From positions 6,358,328-6,422,327 of the forward strand of contig NC_017030.1 in NCBI RefSeq assembly GCF_000255295.1: a DNA stretch of 64,000 nucleotides, written 5' to 3'. A program made the position numbers and the translations under genes. Shown piece by piece: positions 8,385 through 18,600 of this stretch. The notes beneath the pieces are model-generated. The model was not told where the DNA came from, searched no databases, and was given only the letters and a program-made list of their open reading frames with translations. Each line of letters begins with the position of its first letter. The first letter of the stretch is position 1. This stretch comes from Corallococcus coralloides DSM 2259. Its GTDB lineage: Bacteria; Myxococcota; Myxococcia; Myxococcales; Myxococcaceae.

Positions 8385-9974
8385 TCAACCGGGCCGGTAG
8401 ACGCGGTAGTCCAGCTCGGGGAACAGGTTGTTGCGGCCTTCGACGTGGGACAGCCACGACTCGTCCACGGTTCCGGCGCGCACCTGGTCGTGCAGGCGCA
8501 GGAAGCGCTGCAGGTGCTCCTTCGTGCGGCGCACGGCGTAGTCCACCATGGTGCCGGTCTTCATGATGAAGGCCCAGTCGGAGGCCTGCGCCAGCAGCAG
8601 CTCGCGCGCGGCCTGGTTCAGCGCCCGGCGCTTGAGGGACGGCGCGTCCGGGAAGTCCCGGGCCAGCTCCACCATCTGCCGCGCGGCGTGGTTCAGGTGC
8701 CGGTAGATCCAGTCGTTGGTCCCATCCAGCCACATGTTCGCGTAGCCGCCCGCGCCCCAGGAGGACATGGGCGGCGTGGCCACCTGGTTCTCCGGGTGCT
8801 CGCGCAGGTCGTCCAGCGGGCTGATGAGCGTGAAGCGGCTGGGGTTGCGCGCGGCCTGGCGGATGAGGGCGTCGATGAAGTGGGGACCCTCGAACCACCA
8901 GTGGCCGAAGAGCTCCGCGTCATAGGGCGCGACGACCACGGGCTTGCGGCCGCCCATGCGCGACGCGAGGTATTCGAACTGGCGCTCGCGGTTGAAGAGG
9001 AAGTTGCCCGCGTGGACCCAGGCGCGCTCGCGGGCGGCGGCCGGGTCGTAGGGCTGCTTGTCGTTCGTCTTGCCGGTGATGCGGAAGTACTTGAAGCCGG
9101 TGTTCTTGCGATCGCCGGTGGGCTGGATGAAGGGCCGGATGTAGTCCAGGTCCAGGTCCCAGCCGATGTCCCGGTAGAACTCGCGGTAGACGGGGTCGCC
9201 GGGGTAGCCGTGCTCGGTGCTCCAGACCTGCTGGCTGCTCTCCGGGTCGCGCGCGAAGGCGGCCACGCCGGGCTCGGTGAAGATGGGCGCGTAGGGGCCG
9301 TGCAGCGGGCGGGGCGTGGCGTCCGTGAGGGCGTGCGTGTCCGCGAAGAAGTAGCGGATGCGCTCGGCGGAGAGGATGCGCTCCAGGCCCGGGTAGTAGC
9401 CGCACTCGGCCAGCCAGATGCCGGCGGGGTCGCGGCCGAAGTTCTGGCGGTAGTGGTTCGCCGCCACTGTCACCTGCGCGCGCACGGCCTCCGGCGTCTG
9501 CTGCATGAGCGGCAGGAAGCCGTGGGTCGCGTTGCAGGTGAGGATGTCCAGGTGGCCGGAGTCCTGGAGTCTGCGGAACGCGGCCACCAGGTCGCGCCGG
9601 TAGTGGTTGTGGTACGCGAGCCGCAGCGATTCGAAGTGGTCGCGGTGGAAGACGGCCAGCGGGTGGAAGGTGGGGTCGTCCCGGGTGCGGTGCACCTCGC
9701 GGGCGCCCAGCTCGCAGAGCGAATCCAGCCGCCGGGCGTAGCGCTCCCGCAGCAGCTCGTCGTTGAGCATCGACACGAGCGTGGGCGAGAGCGTCATCGT
9801 CACCCGGAAGGGGACGCGGTCCTCGACCAGTCTGTCGAACACGCGCAAGAGCGGCAGGTACGTCTCGGAGATGGCTTCGTAGAGCCAGTCCTCTTCGAGG
9901 AAGTCTTCGTATTCGGGATGGCGGACGAACGGCAGGTGCGCGTGAAGGACCAGCGCGAGGGAGCCCAGGCTCAT
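8385..9974 (-). CDS. GH57-family 1,4-alpha-glucan branching enzyme
   Basis: LVLHAHLPFVRHPE, WLAECGYYPGLE, AELFGHWWFEG, which are GH57 catalytic-region motifs. Start trimmed to MSLGSLALVLHAHLPF (cat at 9972-9974); the upstream part of the ORF is Arg/Gly junk. Confidence 0.8.
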   Translation of the reverse strand: MSLGSLALVLHAHLPFVRHPEYEDFLEEDWLYEAISETYLPLLRVFDRLVEDRVPFRVTMTLSPTLVSMLNDELLRERYARRLDSLCELGAREVHRTRDDPTFHPLAVFHRDHFESLRLAYHNHYRRDLVAAFRRLQDSGHLDILTCNATHGFLPLMQQTPEAVRAQVTVAANHYRQNFGRDPAGIWLAECGYYPGLERILSAERIRYFFADTHALTDATPRPLHGPYAPIFTEPGVAAFARDPESSQQVWSTEHGYPGDPVYREFYRDIGWDLDLDYIRPFIQPTGDRKNTGFKYFRITGKTNDKQPYDPAAARERAWVHAGNFLFNRERQFEYLASRMGGRKPVVVAPYDAELFGHWWFEGPHFIDALIRQAARNPSRFTLISPLDDLREHPENQVATPPMSSWGAGGYANMWLDGTNDWIYRHLNHAARQMVELARDFPDAPSLKRRALNQAARELLLAQASDWAFIMKTGTMVDYAVRRTKEHLQRFLRLHDQVRAGTVDESWLSHVEGRNNLFPELDYRVYRPG

Positions 9975-10000
9975 AGGTCGGTCGGAGAGGCCGTACGGGT

Positions 10001-12613
10001 TCACTTCCGTCCACGGCGCGAGGGCCGGGACCTGGTGGAGGACTTGGAGCCCGAGGGCTTGGGCTCCGGTGGGTTCTGGGCCGCCTTCGAAGGCGCGGCG
10101 GGCGGGGACTTCACGGCGTCCGCCTTGGGAGCCACGGCGCTCGGAGCCGCCCGAGACTCCACCTTCGGGGTCGGAGCCGTGGGAGCCTCGGCCTTCGCGG
10201 GCGGAGTGCTCGCGGGCATGGCGGCCGGAGCCTCGACTTTCGCGGGCGAAGGGCTCACGGGCACGGAGGCCAGTGCAGCCCGTCGCGCGGCCTCGCGGGC
10301 CTTGTCGAGGGCACGCTGTTCGGACGCGGAGGGACCGCGCGCCACGCTCAAGGCCCACGGGTCCTTGGGAGGCTCGGGCTCCGTGGGCCGCCACGAGTCC
10401 GTGGAGGCCGTGCCCTGGGTCGATGGGCCAGATGGGAACGAAGCCTCGGCGCCCACCGGAGCCGATGTCCCGACGGGAGGTGACGACGGGAGGTCCCGCG
10501 CTTCAGTCACGTCACCCCGTGAACGCGGCGACTCCGGGGACCAGGCATCCGAGCCCCCGGCCGTACGCGACGCGCCGGGCTGATCCGAAGTGCCCGTGGC
10601 GTGATCCGCGGACAGGCAGCGCTGATCCGAAGCCCCTGCTGCCCGAGGCACTGTCAGGTATTGCTGATCCGACGCACCCGTGGCGCGATCCACCGACAGG
10701 TAGCGCTGATCCGATGCGCCAGCGGCACGAGGTACGGTCAGGTACTGCTGGTCCGACGCGCCCGTGGCACGATCCGCCGACAGGTAGCGCTGATCCGAGG
10801 CCCCTGCGGCACGCGGCACGCTCAAGTACTGCTGGTCCGACGCACCCGCGGCGCGAGGCACGGTCAGATACCGCTGATCCGAAGCTCCCGCGGCCCGAGG
10901 CACGCTCAGGTAGCGCTGGTCCGAAGCTTCCGCGGCCCGAGGCACGCTCAGGTAGCGCTGGTCCGAAGTCCCCTGCCCTCCCGCCACGTACCGCTGGTCC
11001 GAAGCGCCGGGTGCACGCGGCACCTCCAGATAGCGGTACTCCGAAACGCCGCCCGGCAGCTGCGCCTGTCCGTACCGCTGATCCGAAGCGGCTGGTGCGC
11101 GCGGCACCTCCAGATACGGAGACGCCACGTCGTACCGCTGATCCGAAGCGCCCGGTGCGCGCGGGACTTCCAGATACGGAGACGCCACGTCATAGCGCTG
11201 GTCCGAAGCGCCCGGAGCCAACTCCACGGCCAGATAGCGCTGATCCGATGCCCCGGGAGCGCGCGATGGGGCCAGCACCGCGCCCTCACCCAGCGTCGCC
11301 TCCCCCACGCGCGCATACTGCTGGTCCGACGCCCCCGGCGCTCGCGGCGCGCTCTCCAGATAAGCCTCTTCCACGTAGCGCTGGTCCGAAGCCCCAGGGA
11401 CGCGCGGCGCATCGACATAGGCCTCGGTGCGCTCGCGGTGGACCTCCGGCACGTCCACCACCCCGGCGCTCCCAGGCAACTGCACCCGGCGCCAGGTGAC
11501 GTATTCGCGCTCCTCCACCCGGGGAACACGCGCGGACGCCGCCGAGGGGACTGCTTCGCGCAGCCGGTCCACCACCGGCGGAGGCGGCATGCGCAGGAAC
11601 CGGATGGACGTGTCCGCCGACGGCCCCGCGGGCGGCAGCGTGGCCCGATTGGACGAATGTCCAATGCGGCGCGACCGGCCATCCGAGCCGACGAAGTGCG
11701 CCTCCACCCGGTACGTGCGCCCGGGCGTCATGCCCTGCAGATAGAAGCTGCGCGACTCCAGCGCGAAGTCCACCTCGCGCGACACGCCCTCGCCGTCGAA
11801 CACCTTCAGCACCGCACGCGGCGCCGGCAGCTCGTCCAGCGCCCGGTTCCGGCTCGCGTCGCTGAAGTCCCAGAAGACGAAGAGCGTGTGCGGATCCCTC
11901 GCGAGCAGCACCATCGCGTCGTCCTGGTAGTCCAGGGGCAGCATGGCCAGGTGCTCGTCGCGCTCGGGCGACGCGTCCGCCGGAGGAAGGCGCGGCGCCT
12001 GCTCCTCCAGGAGGTGATGGCGGCGCGCCTCCTTCTCTCCCGCCATCTTCGTCACGAAGAACCCCTCCACCAGGGGCTCGGCGGCATGCGGCGGCTCGCT
12101 CGCGGGCGCGGGCTTCGCGGCAGCGGGCGAGTCCCCCTTGGGGGAACTCGACGGGCGCGGCGTGGGCGCTTCCGGCGACAGGGGCTGCGTGTCCTCTTCG
12201 TCCGGGTCGCGGCGCGCCTTCACGCGGGCGGGGAACGTCACCACGCGCGCGGGCCGGGTCCTGGGGCCGCTGCCAGGCTGCGTGATGGGCTCCTCGGAAA
12301 GTTCTCGTGCCTGCGGCGCGGCGGCGCTCTCGGGCGGAGGCAGGGGCACGGACTCGGACGCCGGGCCCTTGGCGTCACGGGAATCCGCCGGGCCGGAATC
12401 CAGGGCCTTCTCCTCGCCACCCACGTCACCGGAGCCGCGCCGGGACGTCGCCAGGCCGGCCATGCGCGCGAGCCGCCCCAGGGCGGGAATGCGCTCGGCC
12501 AGCGAGGAGACCAGCTCCCGCCCGCGGGACGCGCCAGCTCCCTCCCGGAGATATTTCCGGGCCAGCTGCCGCAGGTAGCTCACGGTGACGCCCTTCCGCT
12601 CATCCATGGACAC
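10001..12613 (-). CDS. DUF4912-domain protein with a long internal tandem-repeat array (GASDQRY x about 22) and an Ala/Pro-rich C-terminus
   Basis: DUF4912-like core (MLPLDYQDDAMVLLARDPHTLFVFWDFS...YRVEAHF), a family often encoded next to GH57 enzymes. Ends 27 bp upstream of the GH57 start, suggesting an operon. The N-terminus faces the divergent GT4 gene. Confidence 0.7.
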   Translation of the reverse strand: MSMDERKGVTVSYLRQLARKYLREGAGASRGRELVSSLAERIPALGRLARMAGLATSRRGSGDVGGEEKALDSGPADSRDAKGPASESVPLPPPESAAAPQARELSEEPITQPGSGPRTRPARVVTFPARVKARRDPDEEDTQPLSPEAPTPRPSSSPKGDSPAAAKPAPASEPPHAAEPLVEGFFVTKMAGEKEARRHHLLEEQAPRLPPADASPERDEHLAMLPLDYQDDAMVLLARDPHTLFVFWDFSDASRNRALDELPAPRAVLKVFDGEGVSREVDFALESRSFYLQGMTPGRTYRVEAHFVGSDGRSRRIGHSSNRATLPPAGPSADTSIRFLRMPPPPVVDRLREAVPSAASARVPRVEEREYVTWRRVQLPGSAGVVDVPEVHRERTEAYVDAPRVPGASDQRYVEEAYLESAPRAPGASDQQYARVGEATLGEGAVLAPSRAPGASDQRYLAVELAPGASDQRYDVASPYLEVPRAPGASDQRYDVASPYLEVPRAPAASDQRYGQAQLPGGVSEYRYLEVPRAPGASDQRYVAGGQGTSDQRYLSVPRAAEASDQRYLSVPRAAGASDQRYLTVPRAAGASDQQYLSVPRAAGASDQRYLSADRATGASDQQYLTVPRAAGASDQRYLSVDRATGASDQQYLTVPRAAGASDQRCLSADHATGTSDQPGASRTAGGSDAWSPESPRSRGDVTEARDLPSSPPVGTSAPVGAEASFPSGPSTQGTASTDSWRPTEPEPPKDPWALSVARGPSASEQRALDKAREAARRAALASVPVSPSPAKVEAPAAMPASTPPAKAEAPTAPTPKVESRAAPSAVAPKADAVKSPPAAPSKAAQNPPEPKPSGSKSSTRSRPSRRGRK
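10555..11410 (-). repeat. About 20-22 copies of a 42-bp (14-aa) in-frame direct repeat encoding LSVPRAAGASDQRY variants
   Basis: Period-42 repetition of gtagcgctgatccga(a/t)gc...ggcacg visible in the + strand sequence. Translates to [LY]xVPRA[AP]GASDQ[RQ]Y. Confidence 0.85.
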
Positions 12614-12742
12614 CTCGCCTCGTTATGACGCGGCATACAGGGGGTCAACGCATCCGTCACGGGATGTGTTGTTCCGCCGACCCCCTTCTTCATCCGTCAC
12701 GCCCGATGACACCTCACCCCTGTCCAAGTATCCTGCGACCGC

Positions 12743-15523
12743 TTGAGTGACCTGCCCAGACTTCTCCTGTGCAGCTTCGACGTCATCCCCGGCCCGTCTG
12801 GCTCCTCACGCCGACTGACCGAGTATCTGAAGGCGTTGCCTGATCGCTTCTCAGTGGTGGTGCTGTCGGCGAAGACGCCCGACCACTCCCATATCGAGAA
12901 GTACCAGGGCGCCCGGCTACTCCGCGTCCCGGTAGGCTCCGGGGACCTGGCGTCGCGCATCCAGTCCTTTGAACGGGCCGTTCGCCGCCAGCTCGAAAGC
13001 GAGGACTACGCCCTCGCCCACTTCACGGACCCCTTCGGGGGGTACGCGCTGTGCGAGCTGAAGGCGGACTACGGCTACCGCCTCATCTATGAGGCGCAGA
13101 CGTTCCCGTCCCAGGAGCTGCGCTACACCCATCCCCAGACGGACGGCGACCGCCGCTTCCTGTCGAAGATCCGCCGCCAGGAGCTGTTCTGCCTGATGAA
13201 CGCGGACCTCGTCGTCACCGGCTCGCAGACGACGCGCGCGTTCATCCAGGGGCTGGGCGCGGCGGAGGACCAGCTGCGGACGATTCGCGCCCCCGTGGAC
13301 CTGAAGCCGTACGACCCGGAGGTGCTCGGCGCCCCGGACGGCTCTCCGCTCCGGATGATGTACCTGGGCAGCCACGTGGGCTGGCAGGGCCTGCCCACCC
13401 TCCTGCGCGCCACCGCGCTCGCGGCCCAGCAGGTGGACGTGCGCCTGACGCTGGTCGGCGCCCACCATCCGGACTGGAAGCCGCACCTGGAGGACCTGGT
13501 CAACGACCTGGGCATCAAGGAGAAGGTCGACTTCCAGCCGCCCGTCGCGCACGACGACCTGGTCAAGGTGCTGGCGCTGGCGGACGTGGGCGTGCTGCCG
13601 CTGGACGACTCGGAGCGCAACCGGCTCCAGGGCGGACCGCTGGCCAAGGTCTCCGAGTACCTGGCCGCCGGCCGGCCGGTCATCGCCGCGGACCTGCCCG
13701 TCACCCGCGAGCTGATTCCGAAGGACGCGGCCATCTTCTTCCCCCCGGGCGACAGTCGCGCCCTCTCCGAGCGCATCCTGGACCTGGCGCGCGACGTGCC
13801 CCGCCGCGTGGCGCTGGGCAAGGCCGGGCGCGCGTTCGCGGAGAAGGTGCTGGACGCGGGCCTCATCCGGGGCCAGCTGCTGGACCTCTACGACTCGCTG
13901 CTGGAGAAGCGCGGCCACGGCCCGGTCGAAGCCGCCAGCGAGCCGCCCGACGTCACGATGACGGGCACGCCCACGAACCGGCTCGCGAGCCTGGGCATGC
14001 CGGAGGCGTCCCAGCCCGCTCCGGCGCCCAAGCCGCCCGCGAAGCCCGCCGTCCAGGCCGCGTCCGACGAAGCCGACCCGCCCCCTACGAAGGAAGGCCC
14101 GGAGGACGCGCCCGTGGTGATGGGCATGGCCCTGGACGACGGGATGGACACCCGGCTCGTCAAGACCGAGCCGGACATGCGGCCGGACGAAGTGCCCATG
14201 GTCATGGGCCTGCCGCTGCGCGAGTCCGCCACGGCCGCTCCGGCCCCCGCAGGCAGGGAAGCCACGCCGCCTCCGGAGCCCGAGGCCGCGCCCCAGACGA
14301 CCGACGACACCGCGAAGACGACGCTCCCCTCCTCCCCCGCGAAGGACGGCGAGCCGGAACCGCTGGGGGGCCGTGGCTCGGAGCCGGCTCCGCCCACGGA
14401 GATGGTGACGAGTCCCCTGGTGAAGGCCCTCGGCTTGAAGGAGCTCAGCCGGGACGACGCCGGGGATTCGGATGCGGAAGCCCGCGCCTCCGAGGATGGC
14501 TCCTCTGGAGCGACGGCGGTCGTGCGCCGGCCGGTGGAGGTGGAAGAAGACGACTCGAGCACGCCGGCCCCCACGCCCGTCGTGCGCCGGCCCGCCTCCG
14601 AGGATGAGGCCCCCGCCCCCACGCCCGTCGTGCGCCGGCCCCTGCCCGAAGACGAACCTCCCGCGGCCACGCCCATCGTGCGCCGTCCCACCTCCCTCTC
14701 GGAGGACGAGGAGCGCGCGCCCACGCCCGTCGTTCGCCGGACCGGGGTCATGCGTGAGGAGGAAGAGGCCCCCGCGCCTACGCCCATCGTGCCCATGCGC
14801 TCGTTGCTCACCGGGGCGCGAAGCACGAGCGCCAGCCGCGCGCAGCGGCCGCAGGACTCCACTCCCTCTGAACCCCCGCGTCTCTTCCCCACTCCCTCTC
14901 CCATGGCCGACGCGGAAAAACCGCCCATCCGTGGCGGCCTCGCCGCGGATCCAGGCCGGCCCGCCTCTCGCCCCCCGGTGCTCGCGGAGTCCGACAAGCC
15001 GCCCATCCGAGGAGGCTCCGTCTCCGACGCGGACCGCCCTCCGCAGCTGCCGCCCCGCGCCGCCGCGCCGCCGCCCGTTCCTCGCCAGGGACCGCCCCGG
15101 CTGAGCCCCACGCCGCCGGTGCTGAAGCCCTCCGTGTCATCCGACGACGAGCCGGAGGAGATCGCCGCCGACGAGGCCCAGTCCCTGGACGACGACGCCG
15201 GCAACACGCCCTCCAACGCCAGCGCGGCGCTGGACGAGGCGGAGGAGATCGCCGCCGACGAGGTCCACGACGCGGACGCGCTCGAAGTGGAGGCCGCGGA
15301 TGCCGAGGAGGCCGTGGATGAAGGCCCTCCGCCCGCGCCCCCCGACTCCACCCTCAACCCGTGGTTCGCCCAGCTGGCGCACGGGTACTGTCCCCCCGAG
15401 GGCGCCCGCTTCGCCCGGCACACCCCGCCCACCAACTTCCCCGGGCGGGATCCGGAAGAAGGCGTGCCCCCCGGGTCGGTCCCGCCTGTCGGGCAGGGAG
15501 CGGTTCGCGGCAAGAACTCGTGA
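12743..15523 (+). CDS. GT4-family glycosyltransferase (about 390 aa) fused to a ~540-aa Pro/Ala/Glu-rich low-complexity tail
   Basis: GT4/GT-B C-terminal motifs (ADVGVLP...E...VSEYLAAGRPVIAADLPVTRELI). Tail contains APTPVVRRP x5 and KPPIRGG x2 repeats. Confidence 0.75.
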   Translation: MSDLPRLLLCSFDVIPGPSGSSRRLTEYLKALPDRFSVVVLSAKTPDHSHIEKYQGARLLRVPVGSGDLASRIQSFERAVRRQLESEDYALAHFTDPFGGYALCELKADYGYRLIYEAQTFPSQELRYTHPQTDGDRRFLSKIRRQELFCLMNADLVVTGSQTTRAFIQGLGAAEDQLRTIRAPVDLKPYDPEVLGAPDGSPLRMMYLGSHVGWQGLPTLLRATALAAQQVDVRLTLVGAHHPDWKPHLEDLVNDLGIKEKVDFQPPVAHDDLVKVLALADVGVLPLDDSERNRLQGGPLAKVSEYLAAGRPVIAADLPVTRELIPKDAAIFFPPGDSRALSERILDLARDVPRRVALGKAGRAFAEKVLDAGLIRGQLLDLYDSLLEKRGHGPVEAASEPPDVTMTGTPTNRLASLGMPEASQPAPAPKPPAKPAVQAASDEADPPPTKEGPEDAPVVMGMALDDGMDTRLVKTEPDMRPDEVPMVMGLPLRESATAAPAPAGREATPPPEPEAAPQTTDDTAKTTLPSSPAKDGEPEPLGGRGSEPAPPTEMVTSPLVKALGLKELSRDDAGDSDAEARASEDGSSGATAVVRRPVEVEEDDSSTPAPTPVVRRPASEDEAPAPTPVVRRPLPEDEPPAATPIVRRPTSLSEDEERAPTPVVRRTGVMREEEEAPAPTPIVPMRSLLTGARSTSASRAQRPQDSTPSEPPRLFPTPSPMADAEKPPIRGGLAADPGRPASRPPVLAESDKPPIRGGSVSDADRPPQLPPRAAAPPPVPRQGPPRLSPTPPVLKPSVSSDDEPEEIAADEAQSLDDDAGNTPSNASAALDEAEEIAADEVHDADALEVEAADAEEAVDEGPPPAPPDSTLNPWFAQLAHGYCPPEGARFARHTPPTNFPGRDPEEGVPPGSVPPVGQGAVRGKNS

Positions 15524-15532
15524 GGCAGCCGA

Positions 15533-15547
15533 CCGAGCACCGCTCGG
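15533..15547 (+). terminator. Weak hairpin (CCGAGC-acc-GCTCGG) after the GT4 gene
   Basis: 6-bp stem 10 nt after the stop codon. Confidence 0.2.
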
Positions 15548-15610
15548 AAACTTCCCAAGCCTTGCGCCCGCCCGATAGGATGTGGCGGTTTTCACTGCAC
15601 TTTTTGCTGG

Positions 15611-18600
15611 GTGAAGGGCTTCATGGAGCGTCGCGTCCTCATCGTCGAAAGCCAGAACGACTTCGCACTCAGCATGGCCTCCGTGCTCAAGAGCGCGGGC
15701 TACAACACGGCCATGGCCACCACTGCGTCAGACGCGCAGCGGGAATTGGAGAAGCGCCGACCGGACCTCGTGGTCGTGCGCGCGGAGCTGCCGGACCAGT
15801 CCGGCTTCGCCCTCTGTGGGCAGATCAAGAAGGGCAAGTGGGGCCAGAACCTGAAGGTCCTCCTGCTCTCCTCCGACTCCGGTGTGGAGGGTCTGAACAA
15901 ACACCGTGAGACGCCGGCCGCCGCGGACGGCTACCTCGTCATCCCGTTCGAGATGGGCGAGCTGGCCTCCATGAGCGCTGGCATCGTGCCGCCCGGCTCC
16001 GACGAGTCCGACGCGGACCTGGACGCCGCGCTCTCCGGTGCGCCGCGCGAAGCCCCGCCGCCCATGCCCGGCGTGCGCACGGGTGCTCCGCCCAAGCTGC
16101 CCAAGCGCGAGCGCCGCAGCGCGATGACGGACGAGGACAAGGCCTTCATGGACCGGGCCTTCTCGTCCATCGCGGACCGCAAGGCGGAGCTGCTGGCGGA
16201 GTCGCGTCAGCTGAAGCGCCCGCCCCCGCGCCGCGAGCTGATGGGCACGCCCGAGGGCAAGATCCAAATCCTCCGGGACGAGCTGAAGACGCGCGAAGCC
16301 CAGCTGGCGCGCCTGTCGGAGATCTGGAGCGTCCGCGAGCGCGAGCTGCTCTCCGTCGAGGACCGCCTCCACGAGAAGGACGTGGAGCTGCAGGGCCTGA
16401 AGATGCAGGTCGACGACCTGCTCCGGCGCTTCAACGACGCGCAGCAGTCCATCGTCCAGAAGGAGCGCGAGCACGGCGCCACTGTCGACGACCTGCTCCT
16501 CCAGAAGTTCTCCTCGGAGAAGGACCTCATCGAGGTCGTCGCCTCCAAGGAGAAGGACATCAACGTCCTGCGCAAGGAGGTCAACCTCCGCGACGAGGAG
16601 CTGTCCCGGCGCGGCGCCGACCTGGAGTCCTGGCGCAACGAGTTCGACAAGCTGGAGAAGCACCTCGGCGTCGTCACGCTGGAGTTCGAGGTCAAGGAGC
16701 AGAAGCTCCAGGACACCGTCCGCGCCAACGAGGCGGACATCCTCCAGCTGCGCGAGCGCGGCGACCAGTTCGAGTCCGAGCTGTCCCGCACCGTCAGCGA
16801 GCGCGACCAGCGCTATGCCGAGCTGGACGGCGAGCTTCAGGCCCTCCAGGAGCGCCTGACGCAGACGGAGCAGGAGCGCGACGCCACCGTGCGCGGCCTG
16901 GAGGCCCGGGCCACGACGGCGGAGGAGCACGCCAGCCGTTCGGACGCGGAGATTGAACGCCTCAACGCCGAGCGCGCCGCGCTGGAGCAGCGCCTCAACC
17001 AGCAGGTCGCGGACCTGGAGTCCGACATCGCGCGCGTCACCGGCGAGCGCGACCAGCTCCGGCTGGACAAGGACGCCCTGGAGGCGGACCTCACGCAGCG
17101 CGTGGAGGAGCGGGAGGCGAAGATCTCCGCGCTCGACCGCGAGCTGCAGGAGACCATCGCCCGCAACGAGAACAGCGAGGCGGAGCTCAACGCCACCATC
17201 CAGCAGCACCGTGAGCGCATCGGTGAGCTGGAAGGCGAAGTCGAGGCCGTCAAGACGCACCTGGAGGACCGCGAGAACGAGCTGAACGCGGAGATCCAGG
17301 CGCTGCAGCAGGCCAAGGACGCGCTGGAGCAGGACCTCACCAGCCAGCTGGAGGACCTGCGGGCGGCGAAGGATGCCCTGGAGGCGGACCTCAACGGCCA
17401 GATCCAGGCGCTCACCGAGCAGCTGGACGCGGCCCAGCGCCAGGGCGAACAGCTCTCCGCGCGCGTGGCCTCGCTCGAGGACACCGTCGCCCAGCGCGAC
17501 GGCACCATCGAGGGCCTGCAGACCGACGTCTCCGACCGCGACTCCCGCATCGCCGAGCTGACCGGCAACCTGGAGGCCACGAGCCAGCAGCTCTCCGAGA
17601 CGCAGAACACGCTCTCCAGCACGGAAGCCACCCTCGCGGAGACGCGCGGCGAGCTGGAGGCCACCAGCCAGCAGCTCTCCGAGACGCAGGGCACGCTCTC
17701 CAACACGGAGGCCACCCTCTCCGAGACGCGCGGCGAGCTGGAGGCCACCAGCCAGCAGCTCTCCGAGACGCAGACGCGCCTGGCGCAGACGGAGGAGACG
17801 CTCTCCACCACGCGCGGCGAGCTGGAGGCCACCAGCCAGACGCTGGCCACCACCGAGGCGACCCTCGCGGACACGCAGGGCACGCTGGCGCGCACGGAGG
17901 CCACGCTCTCCGACACGCAGGCACCCTCTCCAAGCACCGAAGGCACGCTGGCCGAGACGCGCGGTGAGCTGGAGGCCACCAGCCAGACCCTCTCCGACAC
18001 GCAGGCCAGGCTCGCGCAGACGGAGGAGACGCTCTCCACCACGCGCGGTGAGCTGGAAGCCACCAGCCAGACCCTCTCCGACACGCAGGCCACGCTCTCC
18101 AGCACGGAGGGCACGCTCTCGGAGACCCGCGGCGAGCTGGAGGCCACCAGCCAGACGCTGACGGAGACGCAGGCCAGGCTCGCGCAGACGGAAGGGACGC
18201 TCGCGTCCACCCAGGGCGAGCTGGAGGCCACCAGCCAGACGCTGGCCACCACCGAGTCCACGCTCGCGCAGACGCAGGACACGCTGGCGCGCACGGAGGC
18301 CACGCTCGCCGACACGCAGGCGACCCTCTCCAGCACGGAAGGCACGCTCGCGGAGACGCGCGGTGAGCTGGAGGCCACCAGCCAGACGCTGACGCAGACC
18401 CAGGAGACCCTGGAGTCGACGCGCGCCGACCTGGCGAAGGTCACCCAGCACCGTGACGAGCTGGACGCGGAGCTCCACGAGACGCGCGACCTCCTCCAGG
18501 AGACCAACGGCCTCCTCGCCCGCACCACCGAGGAGCGCGACGCGCGCATCGCGGACCTGCAGGCGCTCAACGCGGCGAAGGACGCGCTGGAGCAGGACCT

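Noticed and set aside
8349-10583. 744-aa plus-strand ORF
   Set aside because: Antisense to the GH57 gene, whose motifs are unambiguous.
10555-11410. Possible CRISPR array (regular direct repeats)
   Set aside because: The 42-bp units are contiguous with no unique spacers, lie in frame inside a protein-coding gene, and no cas genes are present.
10601-12628. 675-aa plus-strand ORF over the repeat array
   Set aside because: Mirror frame of the DUF4912 repeat gene. The product is an Arg/Leu repeat with no plausible fold.
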